Shown here in pieces: positions 47,472 to 56,463 of a stretch of 64,000 bases of DNA. A program made the position numbers and the translations under genes. This stretch comes from Dehalococcoidia bacterium. GTDB lineage: Bacteria > Chloroflexota > Dehalococcoidia > Bin125. Under the pieces are notes generated by a model that did no database searches, was not told the origin of the DNA, and saw nothing but the letters and a program-made list of their open reading frames with translations. Within the stretch, counting starts at the first letter, position 1. Each line of letters starts with the position of its first letter. Location of the stretch: assembly GCA_963663235.2 (NCBI GenBank), contig CAXXNO010000004.1, positions 160,001 through 224,000 of the forward strand. Reading direction: 5' to 3'.

Positions 47472-48507
47472 ATGGCCAGCGCGACGACATCTCCGAAGGC
47501 GAGCCGACTGCGCGGCATGAGCAAAGCGGCGGCGCTGCTGGTGGCGCTGGGGCCGGAACTCTCCGCCCTGGTCCTCAAACACGTCAACGAGGAGGACATC
47601 GAGCGTCTCACGGCGGCGGTGTACGGCATGAAGGCGCTCCCGCCGGAGGCGCGGGACGCGGTGCAATCCGAGATGTTGCACACGGCGAAGGCACGGGAGT
47701 ACGTCCTGGCCGGCGGCGTGGATTACGCGACGGAGATGCTGGAGCGGGCGGTGGGACCCGACAAGGCGGCGATGATCGTCGGGCGGATCGCGGAACACGA
47801 GCAGGGCATTCGCTTCGGCTTCGTGCGCGAGGCCGACCCCATGATGTTGCTGAACTACCTGCAGCGGGAACATCCGCAGACCATCGCGCTGATACTGGCG
47901 CATCTGCCGCCAGGGCGGGCATCACAGGTTCTGGAAGGGCTGGAACCCGCCTTGCGAGCGGAGGTGTCGATCCGGATCGCCACGATGGGGCGCACGTCGC
48001 CGGACATCGTCACGGAAGTGGAAGAGGTGCTGCGCAAGCGGCTGGCGAGCATGCTCACGTCCAACCAGGAGTTCACCGGGATCGGGGGCCTGACGGCGCT
48101 GGTCAACCTGCTCAAGCAGGTCGACCGCGGCACGGAGCGATCGATTTTGGAATCGCTGGAGCGGGAACGACCCCAAGCTGGCCGACGAGATCAAGAAGCA
48201 GATGTTTGTCTTCGCCAACATCACGCAACTGGACGATCGATCCATTCAACGGGTCCTGCGCGAGGTGGAGACGAAGGACCTGGGCCTGGCGCTCAAGGGA
48301 GCGAACGAGGAGGTGCGTGAGCGGGTGGTCCACAACATGTCGGAACGGGCGGCGCAGATGCTGGAAGAAGACATGGCCTCGCACGGCCCGGTGCGGCTGC
48401 GGCACGTGGAGGAGGCCCAGGGGCGGATCGTGAGCGTGATCCGCAACTTGGACGCGGCCGAGGAGATCATCATCTCGCGCGGCGGCGAGGACGAGATCCT
48501 TGTCTGA
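47472..48507 (+). CDS. fliG: Motor switch FliG (frameshift near 48163-48170)
   Basis: KAAALLVALG, GGVDYA, EHPQTIALILAHL; second frame MFVFANI...NMSERAA...VEEAQGRI. Confidence 0.94.
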
Positions 48508-49228
48508 GGCGCGCTCGGCCATTCTGCGGGGCGGGCGCCAAGCGCGGTCGGCCGTCGCATTGCGGCGGGCCCGCGCCAACGTGGTGCGGCTGCGGCGCGT
48601 CCACGGGCGGCCCGTGGTCCCGCGCCGGGCGCAGGCGTCGGAGGCGGTGCGGCTGGCGGCTACCCAGCTTCAGGCTGAGGAGATGATGCGAGCCGCCGAG
48701 GAGGCGGCGCAGCGGAGAGGCGACGACGCCCAGCAGGCCATCGACACCGCCACGGAAGCGGGGCGGGCGCAGGGCTACCGCGACGGGTACGCGACCGGGC
48801 GCGAGGCCGGACGCGCGGACCTCCTGGAGGCGCTGGAACTGGTGCGGAGCGTGGCCAGCGACGGCAAGCGCCTGCGGGACGCCATCCTGGGCAACTCCGA
48901 AGCGCAGATCGTGCGGCTGCTGGCCGCTGCGGCGCGGCGGCTGGTGGGGGAGATCGCGGAGCGTCATCCGGATCTGGTGCTCCGCGCGGCCCACGAAGCG
49001 CTGCAACAGGCGGGGAACCAGCACATCTTGCGAGTGCGCGTGCATCCGGATTCGAAGGCGGTGCTGGAGGCGCGCTACGGCCCCACGGATCGCGACTGGG
49101 AGGTCCGCGGCGACCGAGGGATCGCGGCCGGCGGATGCATTGTGGATACCGAGGCGGGCGTGATCGACGCGTCGTTCGACGGGCAGGTCAACGAGATCGG
49201 CGCGGCGTGGGAAGAGCTGGCGTCGTGA
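48500..49228 (+). CDS. fliH: FliH
   Basis: GxxxG repeats AGRAQGYRDGYATG; GGCIVDTEAGVIDAS. Confidence 0.88.
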   Translation: MSEARSAILRGGRQARSAVALRRARANVVRLRRVHGRPVVPRRAQASEAVRLAATQLQAEEMMRAAEEAAQRRGDDAQQAIDTATEAGRAQGYRDGYATGREAGRADLLEALELVRSVASDGKRLRDAILGNSEAQIVRLLAAAARRLVGEIAERHPDLVLRAAHEALQQAGNQHILRVRVHPDSKAVLEARYGPTDRDWEVRGDRGIAAGGCIVDTEAGVIDASFDGQVNEIGAAWEELAS

Positions 49229-50613
49229 GCAACGACCCGACGCCGATCGCGCTGGACCTGCGCCGCTACGAGGCCATCCTGCCCACGATCACGCCGGTGC
49301 GGGCGCGCGGCCGCGTGGTGCGGGTGGTCGGTCTGACTGCCGAGGCGGAGGGAGTGAGTGCGCGGACGGGCGAGGTCTGCCACATCTACGACGACGAACG
49401 GGGCGAGCCGCGGGCGGCGGAAGTCGTGGGGTTTCGCGACGGGCGCCTGCTGCTCATGCCGCTGGACACGCTGGCGGGCCTGGCACCCGGGAGCCGCGTG
49501 GTGGGGAGCGGGCGGCTTTCCCGCGTCCCCTGCGGCGAGGCGTTGCTGGGCCGGGTGGTGGACGGCTTGGCCCGGCCGATCGACGGCGGCGGCCCTATTG
49601 AGGCGCGCGACAGCGTGGCCGCGATGAGCGGTCAGCCGCCGGCGCCGCTGACCCGGGCTCCGATCAACGAGCCGTTGACCACCGGCGTGCGGGCCATCGA
49701 CGGCCTGACCACGATCGGAGTGGGCCAGCGGATGGGGATCTTCGCCGGCTCCGGCGTGGGCAAGAGCTCATTGCTGGGGATGATCGCGCGCTACACCAAC
49801 GCGGAAGTCACCGTGATCGCGATGATCGGCGAGCGCGGACGCGAAGTGCGCGCGTTCCTCGAGGAGAACCTGGGGCCCGAAGGGCTGCGTCGCTCGGTGG
49901 TGGTAGTGGCGACATCGGATCAGCCGCCGCTGCTGCGGACGAAAGCGGCCTGGCTGGCGACGTCAATCGCGGAGTGGTTCCGCGACCGCGGTGCGCGCGT
50001 GCTGCTGTTGATGGACTCGCTCACGCGCTTCGCGCTGGCGCAACGGGAGATCGGATTGGCCATCGGCGAGCCGCCGACGGTGCGCGGCTACCCGCCGTCG
50101 GTCTTCGCCGCGCTGCCGGCGCTCCTGGAACGGGCAGGGACCGCAGACACGGGGTCGATCACGGGGCTGTACACGGTGCTGGTTGAAGGGGACGACCTGA
50201 ACGAGCCGGTGAGCGACACGGCGCGCGCCGCGTTGGACGGGCACATCGTGCTCTCGCGCGCGCTGGCGCAAGAGAACCACTATCCGGCGATCGACGTGCT
50301 GGCCAGTATTTCGCGGCTGGCGCCCGCCATTCAGAGTCCGGAGCACCAGCGGGCGGCGGGGCGGCTGCGGGAGCTGCTGGCCGCCTACGAGGACGCCCGC
50401 GACCTGATCTCCATCGGCGCGTATCAAGCGGGGAGCAACGCAGACGTCGACACCGTGATCCGCGCGCGCGCCGACATCCAGGGCTTCCTGCGGCAACCGA
50501 TCGACGAGGCAGCGTCGCTGCCGCAAACCCTGACCGCCCTGCTCACCCTCGCGCCGATGGGCGGGCCAGCGGGCGCGCTGGTCGCTCAGGAGACGGAGGC
50601 CGCGAATGCCTAG
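49225..50613 (+). CDS. fliI: Export ATPase FliI
   Basis: GIFAGSGVGKS, IGERGREV, MDSLTRFA, LDGHIVLSR. Confidence 0.97.
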   Translation: MSNDPTPIALDLRRYEAILPTITPVRARGRVVRVVGLTAEAEGVSARTGEVCHIYDDERGEPRAAEVVGFRDGRLLLMPLDTLAGLAPGSRVVGSGRLSRVPCGEALLGRVVDGLARPIDGGGPIEARDSVAAMSGQPPAPLTRAPINEPLTTGVRAIDGLTTIGVGQRMGIFAGSGVGKSSLLGMIARYTNAEVTVIAMIGERGREVRAFLEENLGPEGLRRSVVVVATSDQPPLLRTKAAWLATSIAEWFRDRGARVLLLMDSLTRFALAQREIGLAIGEPPTVRGYPPSVFAALPALLERAGTADTGSITGLYTVLVEGDDLNEPVSDTARAALDGHIVLSRALAQENHYPAIDVLASISRLAPAIQSPEHQRAAGRLRELLAAYEDARDLISIGAYQAGSNADVDTVIRARADIQGFLRQPIDEAASLPQTLTALLTLAPMGGPAGALVAQETEAANA

Positions 50614-51052
50614 AGCGTTCCGGCTGCAGAAAGTGCTGAACTACCGCCAGCTTCGCGAACAGGAGCAGCGGGCGACGGCAGCGCGCGCGCAACGAGAGGC
50701 GACGGCCGCCCAGGCCGATCTGGACGGTGAGCGCGCCCGCCTGCAAGCGGAGCAGCGCCGCGCGCGCGCGACCGCCCCCGGGCGGATGGATCTGGCAGAG
50801 ACCGAGCAGGCGCAGGCGTATCGCGAGCTGCTGGAGCGTCGGATCGGCGAGCGCGCCGACACGAGCGAGGCGCGGCGGCATGAGCAGGAGCGGGCCAACG
50901 CGGATCTCCTGGTGCGCCGGCAGGAGCGGCGGGCGCTGGAGAAGCTGCGCGAGCGGCACGAGGCCGCCCGCGCGACCGCGGATCAGCGCCGCGAGGCCGC
51001 GTTCATGGACGAGATCACGGCGAGCCGTGAAGGCCGCCGCATGAGGCAGTAG
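50606..51052 (+). CDS. fliJ: FliJ
   Basis: FRLQKVLNYR...LEKLRER...E...MDE. Confidence 0.9.
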   Translation: MPRAFRLQKVLNYRQLREQEQRATAARAQREATAAQADLDGERARLQAEQRRARATAPGRMDLAETEQAQAYRELLERRIGERADTSEARRHEQERANADLLVRRQERRALEKLRERHEAARATADQRREAAFMDEITASREGRRMRQ

Positions 51053-51061
51053 GAGCGCCAT

Positions 51062-51514
51062 ATGTCGCGCATCGACGTGGAGTTCATTCGGCAAGCGTTG
51101 GACGGGCTGGCCCAGCGGCAGGCCGCGATCGCCACCAACATCGCGAACGCGGAGACGCCGGGCTACCAGCGGGCCACGGTCAACTTCGAGGCGCTGCTGC
51201 GGCAGCAGTTGAGCCGTCAGGAGGCCGCCGGGCGGAGCGTCACGCGATCGCTGGAGGGCGGGCGGGTGGCGCTGCAGCGCACGGACGCGCGGCACCTGCC
51301 GGTGAAACTCCGGGGCGGGGGCGGGGGCTTCGCCGACATGACGGCGGGGAGAGCGCGCGACGTGATCGGAGGCGGCTCTCGCAACGACGGCAACACGGTG
51401 GATCTGGACCAGGAGATGACCGACCTCGCGCTCACGCAAGTGCGCTATGCGGGCCTCGCCGCGGCGCTCAGCGCGCGGATGCGCACGCTGCGCGCCGTGA
51501 TCGAGAACGGCTAG
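51062..51514 (+). CDS. flgB: Rod protein FlgB
   Basis: IATNIANAETPGY, RNDGNTVDLDQEM. Confidence 0.95.
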   Translation: MSRIDVEFIRQALDGLAQRQAAIATNIANAETPGYQRATVNFEALLRQQLSRQEAAGRSVTRSLEGGRVALQRTDARHLPVKLRGGGGGFADMTAGRARDVIGGGSRNDGNTVDLDQEMTDLALTQVRYAGLAAALSARMRTLRAVIENG

Positions 51515-51523
51515 GAGACGATC

Positions 51524-51973
51524 ATGGGATTCCTCGACTCCATCCGCATCAGCGCCTCCGCCCTGACGGCGCAACGATTGCGCATGGACGTGACGGCCAA
51601 CAACGTGGCCAACATGGAAAGCACGCGGGGGCCGGAGGGCGGGCGGTTCCGCCGGCAGATGGTGACGTTCCGCGCGCTGCCGGCCGGCCCTTCCACATTC
51701 GCGGCGCTGTTCAACCGGCGGACGGGGGCCACGCCGCCGACCGCGGGAGTGGGCGTCGACCGGATCCTGACCGACAACAGCCCCGGACGCCTCGTCTTCG
51801 ACCCGAGGCACCCGGACGCCGACGACGACGGCTTTGTGGAGATGCCGAACGTAAACCTCGTCGTCGAGATGACCGACATGGTCGCGGCCACGCGGGCATA
51901 CGAAGCAAACGTCACGGTACTCAATGCCGCCAAGAGCATGGCGATGCGAGCGATCGAGATCGCCCGACGCTAA
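51524..51973 (+). CDS. flgC: Rod protein FlgC
   Basis: SALTAQRLRMDVTANNVAN, DPRHPDAD..GFVEMPNVN, RAYEAN. Confidence 0.97.
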   Translation: MGFLDSIRISASALTAQRLRMDVTANNVANMESTRGPEGGRFRRQMVTFRALPAGPSTFAALFNRRTGATPPTAGVGVDRILTDNSPGRLVFDPRHPDADDDGFVEMPNVNLVVEMTDMVAATRAYEANVTVLNAAKSMAMRAIEIARR

Positions 51974-51984
51974 AGGAAGGCGCG

Positions 51985-52284
51985 ATGGATATCCCCAAGA
52001 TCGGAAGCCAAGGCGACAGCCTGCAGATCGGCAGCGGGCCGGTGAAGGCGCCAACCGGATCGGGCGGCGGCTTTGCCGACGTCCTGGAGGGCTTGGCGAG
52101 CAACCTGGAGAGCGCCCAAGCGAAGGCCGACGTCGCGATGGAAGCGATTGCGCTGGGAGAAGACGTGGACCTCCACGACGTGGTCATCGCCACGGAAGTG
52201 GAAGCGCTCTCCATCCAATTGGCGCTGCAAACCCGCAACCGGCTGGTAGAGACCTTCAACACCGTCTTCAACATGCAAGTCTAG
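51985..52284 (+). CDS. fliE: FliE
   Basis: DLHDVVIA...QTRNRLVETFNTVFNMQV. Confidence 0.94.
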   Translation: MDIPKIGSQGDSLQIGSGPVKAPTGSGGGFADVLEGLASNLESAQAKADVAMEAIALGEDVDLHDVVIATEVEALSIQLALQTRNRLVETFNTVFNMQV

Positions 52285-52309
52285 CACAACGAGAGAGATT
52301 GGAGGAGCG

Positions 52310-53980
52310 ATGACCGTTCCAGCACCGCCGCCCGCCCGTGTGACGCCGGTACCAACGCCGGGGCCCGGAGCCGATCGACCGATGGCCGACGGCCTGGCGA
52401 GCAAGTTCCCGGCGGCACTCGCGTCGGCGGAGACGGAGCAGCCACTCGTGCCCGACGCGGCCGCCACGCCGGGCGCTGCCAGGGACGCAGCCGCGAGCGC
52501 GAACCCGCCCGCAGGGAAAGAGGCCGGACCCGATCCACCTCTCGTGCCGACCGAAGAGCGCGCAGCGGGGCTGCTGGACCACTCGGTGGAGGCGCCTCGC
52601 GAAGCCGGAGCGATCGCGATCAAGTCGATCCCCCTGCCGACGCCGATAGGGACGGCCGCCGTCGACGAATCGACGGAGCCGGAGAAGGGATCGAGCGCGA
52701 CGGGGGCGGCCCGGCCGCCGGCCAACGCCGGCGGCGATGGCCCGGTAGGGCCCAACGGCAACGGCCCGCCCGGCCCCGACGGCAACGGCCCGCCCGGCCC
52801 CGACGGCAACGGCCCGCCCGGCCTCGACGGCAACGGCCCGCCCGGCCTCGACGGCAATGGCCCGCCCGGCCTCGACGGTGACGGCCCGCCAGGTCTGTTG
52901 CGTGAGGAGAGCCACAACCGCGCGAATATCGACCCCATCGCTGCGGGCATCGCGCCCGTGGGTCCGAACGGCAAGGGAGCCGTGACGCCGGCCGGCAGCG
53001 CCGCGCCCGGCCCGGCAGCGGGCCGGGCCCTCCCGTCGCAAGGCGGCGACGCGGGCGGGCGAGCGGGCGCGGGGCAAGCCGCGTCCGGGGCGGAGCAGCA
53101 GAGAGCATCGAGTGCGAAGCCTGTAGCGGGTACGCAGCCGCAGGGCACGCTGGAGAGCGGGCCGCGCGCGGTCGACGGGCCCGCGCGCGGCGAGGGTTCG
53201 GGGGGCGACGCCGCGCTCCCAACTCAGCCGGCCGCGAAGTCAAGCGAGAGCGCAGCGCCCACACCGCGACCCGAGAGCAGCGGGCCGAGCCTGCCGACGA
53301 GGCAGCCCGGATCCGCCGATCGAAGCGGAGCAGCGAGCCTCGAGACGGGTGTGCGGGGCGAGGACGACGGCAGCGAGGCGGCGCGAGCGAGCGTCGGGCC
53401 GCGCACGCGCGCTGACTCTCAAGGAACCGTAGAACGCGAAGCCACGGAGTCGACGGCCCCTGCGGCGCCGCATCGAGGCGGGGGCGAAGCGACGGTGCAG
53501 GCGGGAGCGGCGGCGCCGCTGAACGGCCCACCCGAGGGAGCGGCAGGCACGACAGCCGTGGCCGCGCCGCAGCGGCCGCCGCCGACCCCACCGCTTGCGG
53601 AGCAGATCGTGACATCGGTGCGGCTGCTGCGAGCGGAAGGCCGCGACGAGATCCGGATCCGCCTGGATCCGCCCGAGCTGGGCACCCTGCGTATCCGCGT
53701 GATCGACGCGGAGGGAGGACTGTCCGTGCAGATGCGCGCGGAGCAGGCCGCCGCCTTTGAAGCGATCCAAAAGGCGCTGCAGCAGGCGCAGGTCCCGTCG
53801 CACGAGCTGGATGTCACGCAGGGTGACGGGTGGGACTTCCAAGCGGGCCAGCCGCACCAAGACAGCGGCGACCGTTCGGCTCCCGAAGGAGGCGGCGCGG
53901 CGCCGGACGCGGAGAGCGGGAGCGCGCCCGCCGCCGAAAGCGACCCGCGAGGCGGGAGCCTGGTGGACTACCGAGCGTAG
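52310..53980 (+). CDS. fliK: Hook-length control protein FliK
   Basis: Disordered Pro/Ala/Gly N-terminus; C-terminal IRIRLDPPELGTLRI; precedes flgD. Confidence 0.85.
   Translation: MTVPAPPPARVTPVPTPGPGADRPMADGLASKFPAALASAETEQPLVPDAAATPGAARDAAASANPPAGKEAGPDPPLVPTEERAAGLLDHSVEAPREAGAIAIKSIPLPTPIGTAAVDESTEPEKGSSATGAARPPANAGGDGPVGPNGNGPPGPDGNGPPGPDGNGPPGLDGNGPPGLDGNGPPGLDGDGPPGLLREESHNRANIDPIAAGIAPVGPNGKGAVTPAGSAAPGPAAGRALPSQGGDAGGRAGAGQAASGAEQQRASSAKPVAGTQPQGTLESGPRAVDGPARGEGSGGDAALPTQPAAKSSESAAPTPRPESSGPSLPTRQPGSADRSGAASLETGVRGEDDGSEAARASVGPRTRADSQGTVEREATESTAPAAPHRGGGEATVQAGAAAPLNGPPEGAAGTTAVAAPQRPPPTPPLAEQIVTSVRLLRAEGRDEIRIRLDPPELGTLRIRVIDAEGGLSVQMRAEQAAAFEAIQKALQQAQVPSHELDVTQGDGWDFQAGQPHQDSGDRSAPEGGGAAPDAESGSAPAAESDPRGGSLVDYRA
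52757..52897 (+). repeat. In-frame 24-bp tandem repeat, ~6 copies, within fliK
   Basis: GGCAACGGCCCGCCCGGCC(C/T)CGAC encoding GNGPPG(P/L)D. Confidence 0.9.
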
Positions 53981-54005
53981 GTGCGGGGCTAGAAAGAAGG
54001 AGCGA

Positions 54006-54418
54006 ATGGAAATCTTACCGATCGGCGCGCAGTTCGAGCCCAACGCGGGGCAGCAATCGCTCGGCGATGCATCGACCCTGGGGCAAGAGGACTTCCTGCA
54101 AGTGCTGGTGGCGCAACTGCGCAACCAGAACCCTCTTGAGCCGCAGAGCGACAGTGATTTCTTCGCGCAGATCGCGCTGTTCGAGCAGTTGGCATCGCTC
54201 AACCGGATCGATGGGCGCTGCGCACGTTCGTGGAGCGATCGCGCATCGGACAAGCGAGCGGCCTGCTGGGCCGGGAGATCCTGGCGATAGCGGGAACGGA
54301 GGCTGAGCCGATCACCGGGATCGTCGAGGGCGTGGAGATCCACGAGGGTGTGCCGATGCTGCGCGTCGGCGACACGATCATCGACGTCGACAGTGTGATC
54401 GCCGTGGGCTTGGCCTAG
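54006..54418 (+). CDS. flgD: Hook cap FlgD (frameshift at GGG 54213-54215)
   Basis: LGQEDFLQVLVAQLRNQNPLEP...AQIALFEQL; second frame QASGLLGREI...GIVEGV. Confidence 0.9.
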
Positions 54419-54438
54419 CGGAGGAGGGAGAGTCCAGG

Positions 54439-54825
54439 GTGGATCGCATCGACAGCAACTCTCTCGGGCGGATCGGGCCGTCCCCGACGGGGGGCGCCGC
54501 CGGCAGTGCAACCGGCGCCGACGCGGACGTGGCGTTCGCGGAGGTGCTGCGCCGGGAGGCGGCGTCGCAGGACGGCGTGCGCTTCTCCAAGCACGCCCGG
54601 GAGCGACTGGACCGGCGTGACATCCAGCTCACGCCGACGCATCTCACACGGCTCCACAACGCCGTCGCGCGGGCACAGGCGCGCGGCGCGCGGGAGTCCC
54701 TTGTCCTCATGGATGACCTCGCGTTGATCGTGAGCATCCGCAACCGGACCGTGATCACCGCGACCACGGCGCCGAGCCGACAGGAGAACGTCTTCACGAA
54801 CATCGACAGCGCGGTTATCGCCTGA
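54439..54825 (+). CDS. Flagellar operon protein (TIGR02530-like)
   Basis: VRFSKHARERL, ESLVLMDDLALIVSIRNRTVIT, NVFTNIDSAVI; between flgD and flgE. Confidence 0.9.
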   Translation: MDRIDSNSLGRIGPSPTGGAAGSATGADADVAFAEVLRREAASQDGVRFSKHARERLDRRDIQLTPTHLTRLHNAVARAQARGARESLVLMDDLALIVSIRNRTVITATTAPSRQENVFTNIDSAVIA

Positions 54826-54914
54826 GAGCCAACCACGCGGGGCCGGACCTCTAGGAGGGAGCCCCGCCGTCGCGCCCCCGAGGAGCGCGGCGCCACCAGA
54901 GAGGATCACGACCC

Positions 54915-56393
54915 ATGACCATGCGAGCGCTTTTCTCCGCCATTTCCGGCTTGCGCAACCACATCACCTTCATGGATGTGGTGGGGAACAACATTGCCAA
55001 CGTGAACACCATCGCCTTCAAGTCGAATCGGGTGTCGTTCCAGGACGTCCTGGGGCAGACCCTCCGCGGCGCCGCCGCGCCGCAGGCCAGTGTGGGCGGG
55101 ACGGATCCGGTGCAGATCGGGCTGGGGATGCAGCTGGGCGGCGTGCGGACGATACACACCCAGGGCTCGTTGCAATCAACGGGGAAGGCCACGGACTTCG
55201 CCATCCAGGGAGACGGCTTCTTCCTGGTGAGCGATAGCGCGCGCACGTACTACACCCGGGACGGATCGTTTGACGTGTCCGTGAACGGCGATCTGGTGAG
55301 TCCGATCAGCGGCCTGAAGGTGCTGGGCTGGGCCGCGAACCAGAGCGGGATCGTGGACACGACCATCGTGCCGGCGCCGATCTCGATTCCATTCGGCACG
55401 CAGATCGCCGCCAAAGCCACGACCACGGTGGGTCTGACCGGCAACGTGGACGCCAACCACAGCGTCGGCCAGGCGTTCAGCACCACGGCCACGATGATCG
55501 ACTCGCTGGGGGTGGAACACCCCGTGAAGATGGCGCTGACGAAGAAGGCGTCCAACCAGTGGACGGTCACCACCTCGGCCGATGCCACGGCCACGCTGCA
55601 GGGCGGCGGCACGGGGTCGGTGGACACCGTCACCGGGACGCCAACGCAGGAGATCCGGCCCGGCAGCTGGAGCATCATCTCAGACGTGGGCGGGAACCTG
55701 ACGGCCGTCTTCACCCCCACGGGTGGCTCGGCGGAGCCGGCGGTGGTGGGCACGATCACCGCGAGCGGGACCAATACCACGCTGATCCCGGGCTTGACGC
55801 TGACAAACGGGGGTGTGCTGCAAGCGGGCACCGACCAGATCGACATCGCCGGTGGCACGGACGTCAACTTTTCATCAACCGGGCAGTACCTGGCGACGAA
55901 CCCGGCGATCTCGATAAACCTCACGGTGACCACGGGCGCCAATACCCCGCTGAACGTGACGCTGAACCTCACTGGGGTGACCCAGTTCGCCGACTCGGGT
56001 CAGATCGTCGCAGGCTCGAACGACGGGCAGGCCGCCGACTCGCTCGTGTCGTTCGCCGTCGGCTCGAGCGGCAATGTATCAGGCATCTTCTCCAACGGGT
56101 CCAATCAATCGCTGGGGCAGATTGCGCTGGCGCTGTTCACCAACCCGGCAGGGCTGGCGAAGGAAGGCAACAACCTCTTCGGGCTCAGCGCCAACTCGGG
56201 CGATCCGATCGTGGGGCTGCCGGGTACCAACGGCCGCGGTGTGGTGACTCCGGGCGCGCTGGAGGGCTCCAACAGCGACCTGGCGCAAGAGTTCACCAGC
56301 GTGATCATGGCGCAGCGCGGCTTTCAGGCCAGCGCCCGCGTGATCACCGCGGCGGACGAGATGTTGCAGGACCTGGTGAACATCAAGCGGTAA
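54915..56393 (+). CDS. flgE: Hook protein FlgE
   Basis: MDVVGNNIANVNT, TDFAIQGDGFF, LEGSNSDLAQEF...QRGFQASARVI. Confidence 0.96.
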   Translation: MTMRALFSAISGLRNHITFMDVVGNNIANVNTIAFKSNRVSFQDVLGQTLRGAAAPQASVGGTDPVQIGLGMQLGGVRTIHTQGSLQSTGKATDFAIQGDGFFLVSDSARTYYTRDGSFDVSVNGDLVSPISGLKVLGWAANQSGIVDTTIVPAPISIPFGTQIAAKATTTVGLTGNVDANHSVGQAFSTTATMIDSLGVEHPVKMALTKKASNQWTVTTSADATATLQGGGTGSVDTVTGTPTQEIRPGSWSIISDVGGNLTAVFTPTGGSAEPAVVGTITASGTNTTLIPGLTLTNGGVLQAGTDQIDIAGGTDVNFSSTGQYLATNPAISINLTVTTGANTPLNVTLNLTGVTQFADSGQIVAGSNDGQAADSLVSFAVGSSGNVSGIFSNGSNQSLGQIALALFTNPAGLAKEGNNLFGLSANSGDPIVGLPGTNGRGVVTPGALEGSNSDLAQEFTSVIMAQRGFQASARVITAADEMLQDLVNIKR

Positions 56394-56399
56394 GGGCTT

Positions 56400-56433
56400 G
56401 TCGGGGGGCGGGCCGCGCGGCCCGTCCCCCGAC
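56400..56433 (+). terminator. GC hairpin after flgE (no U-tract)
   Basis: GTCGGGGGGCGGGCCG-CG-CGGCCCGTCCCCCGAC. Confidence 0.45.
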
Positions 56434-56463
56434 GGAGGCCGGAGAGGGAACGAAAGCATCAGG

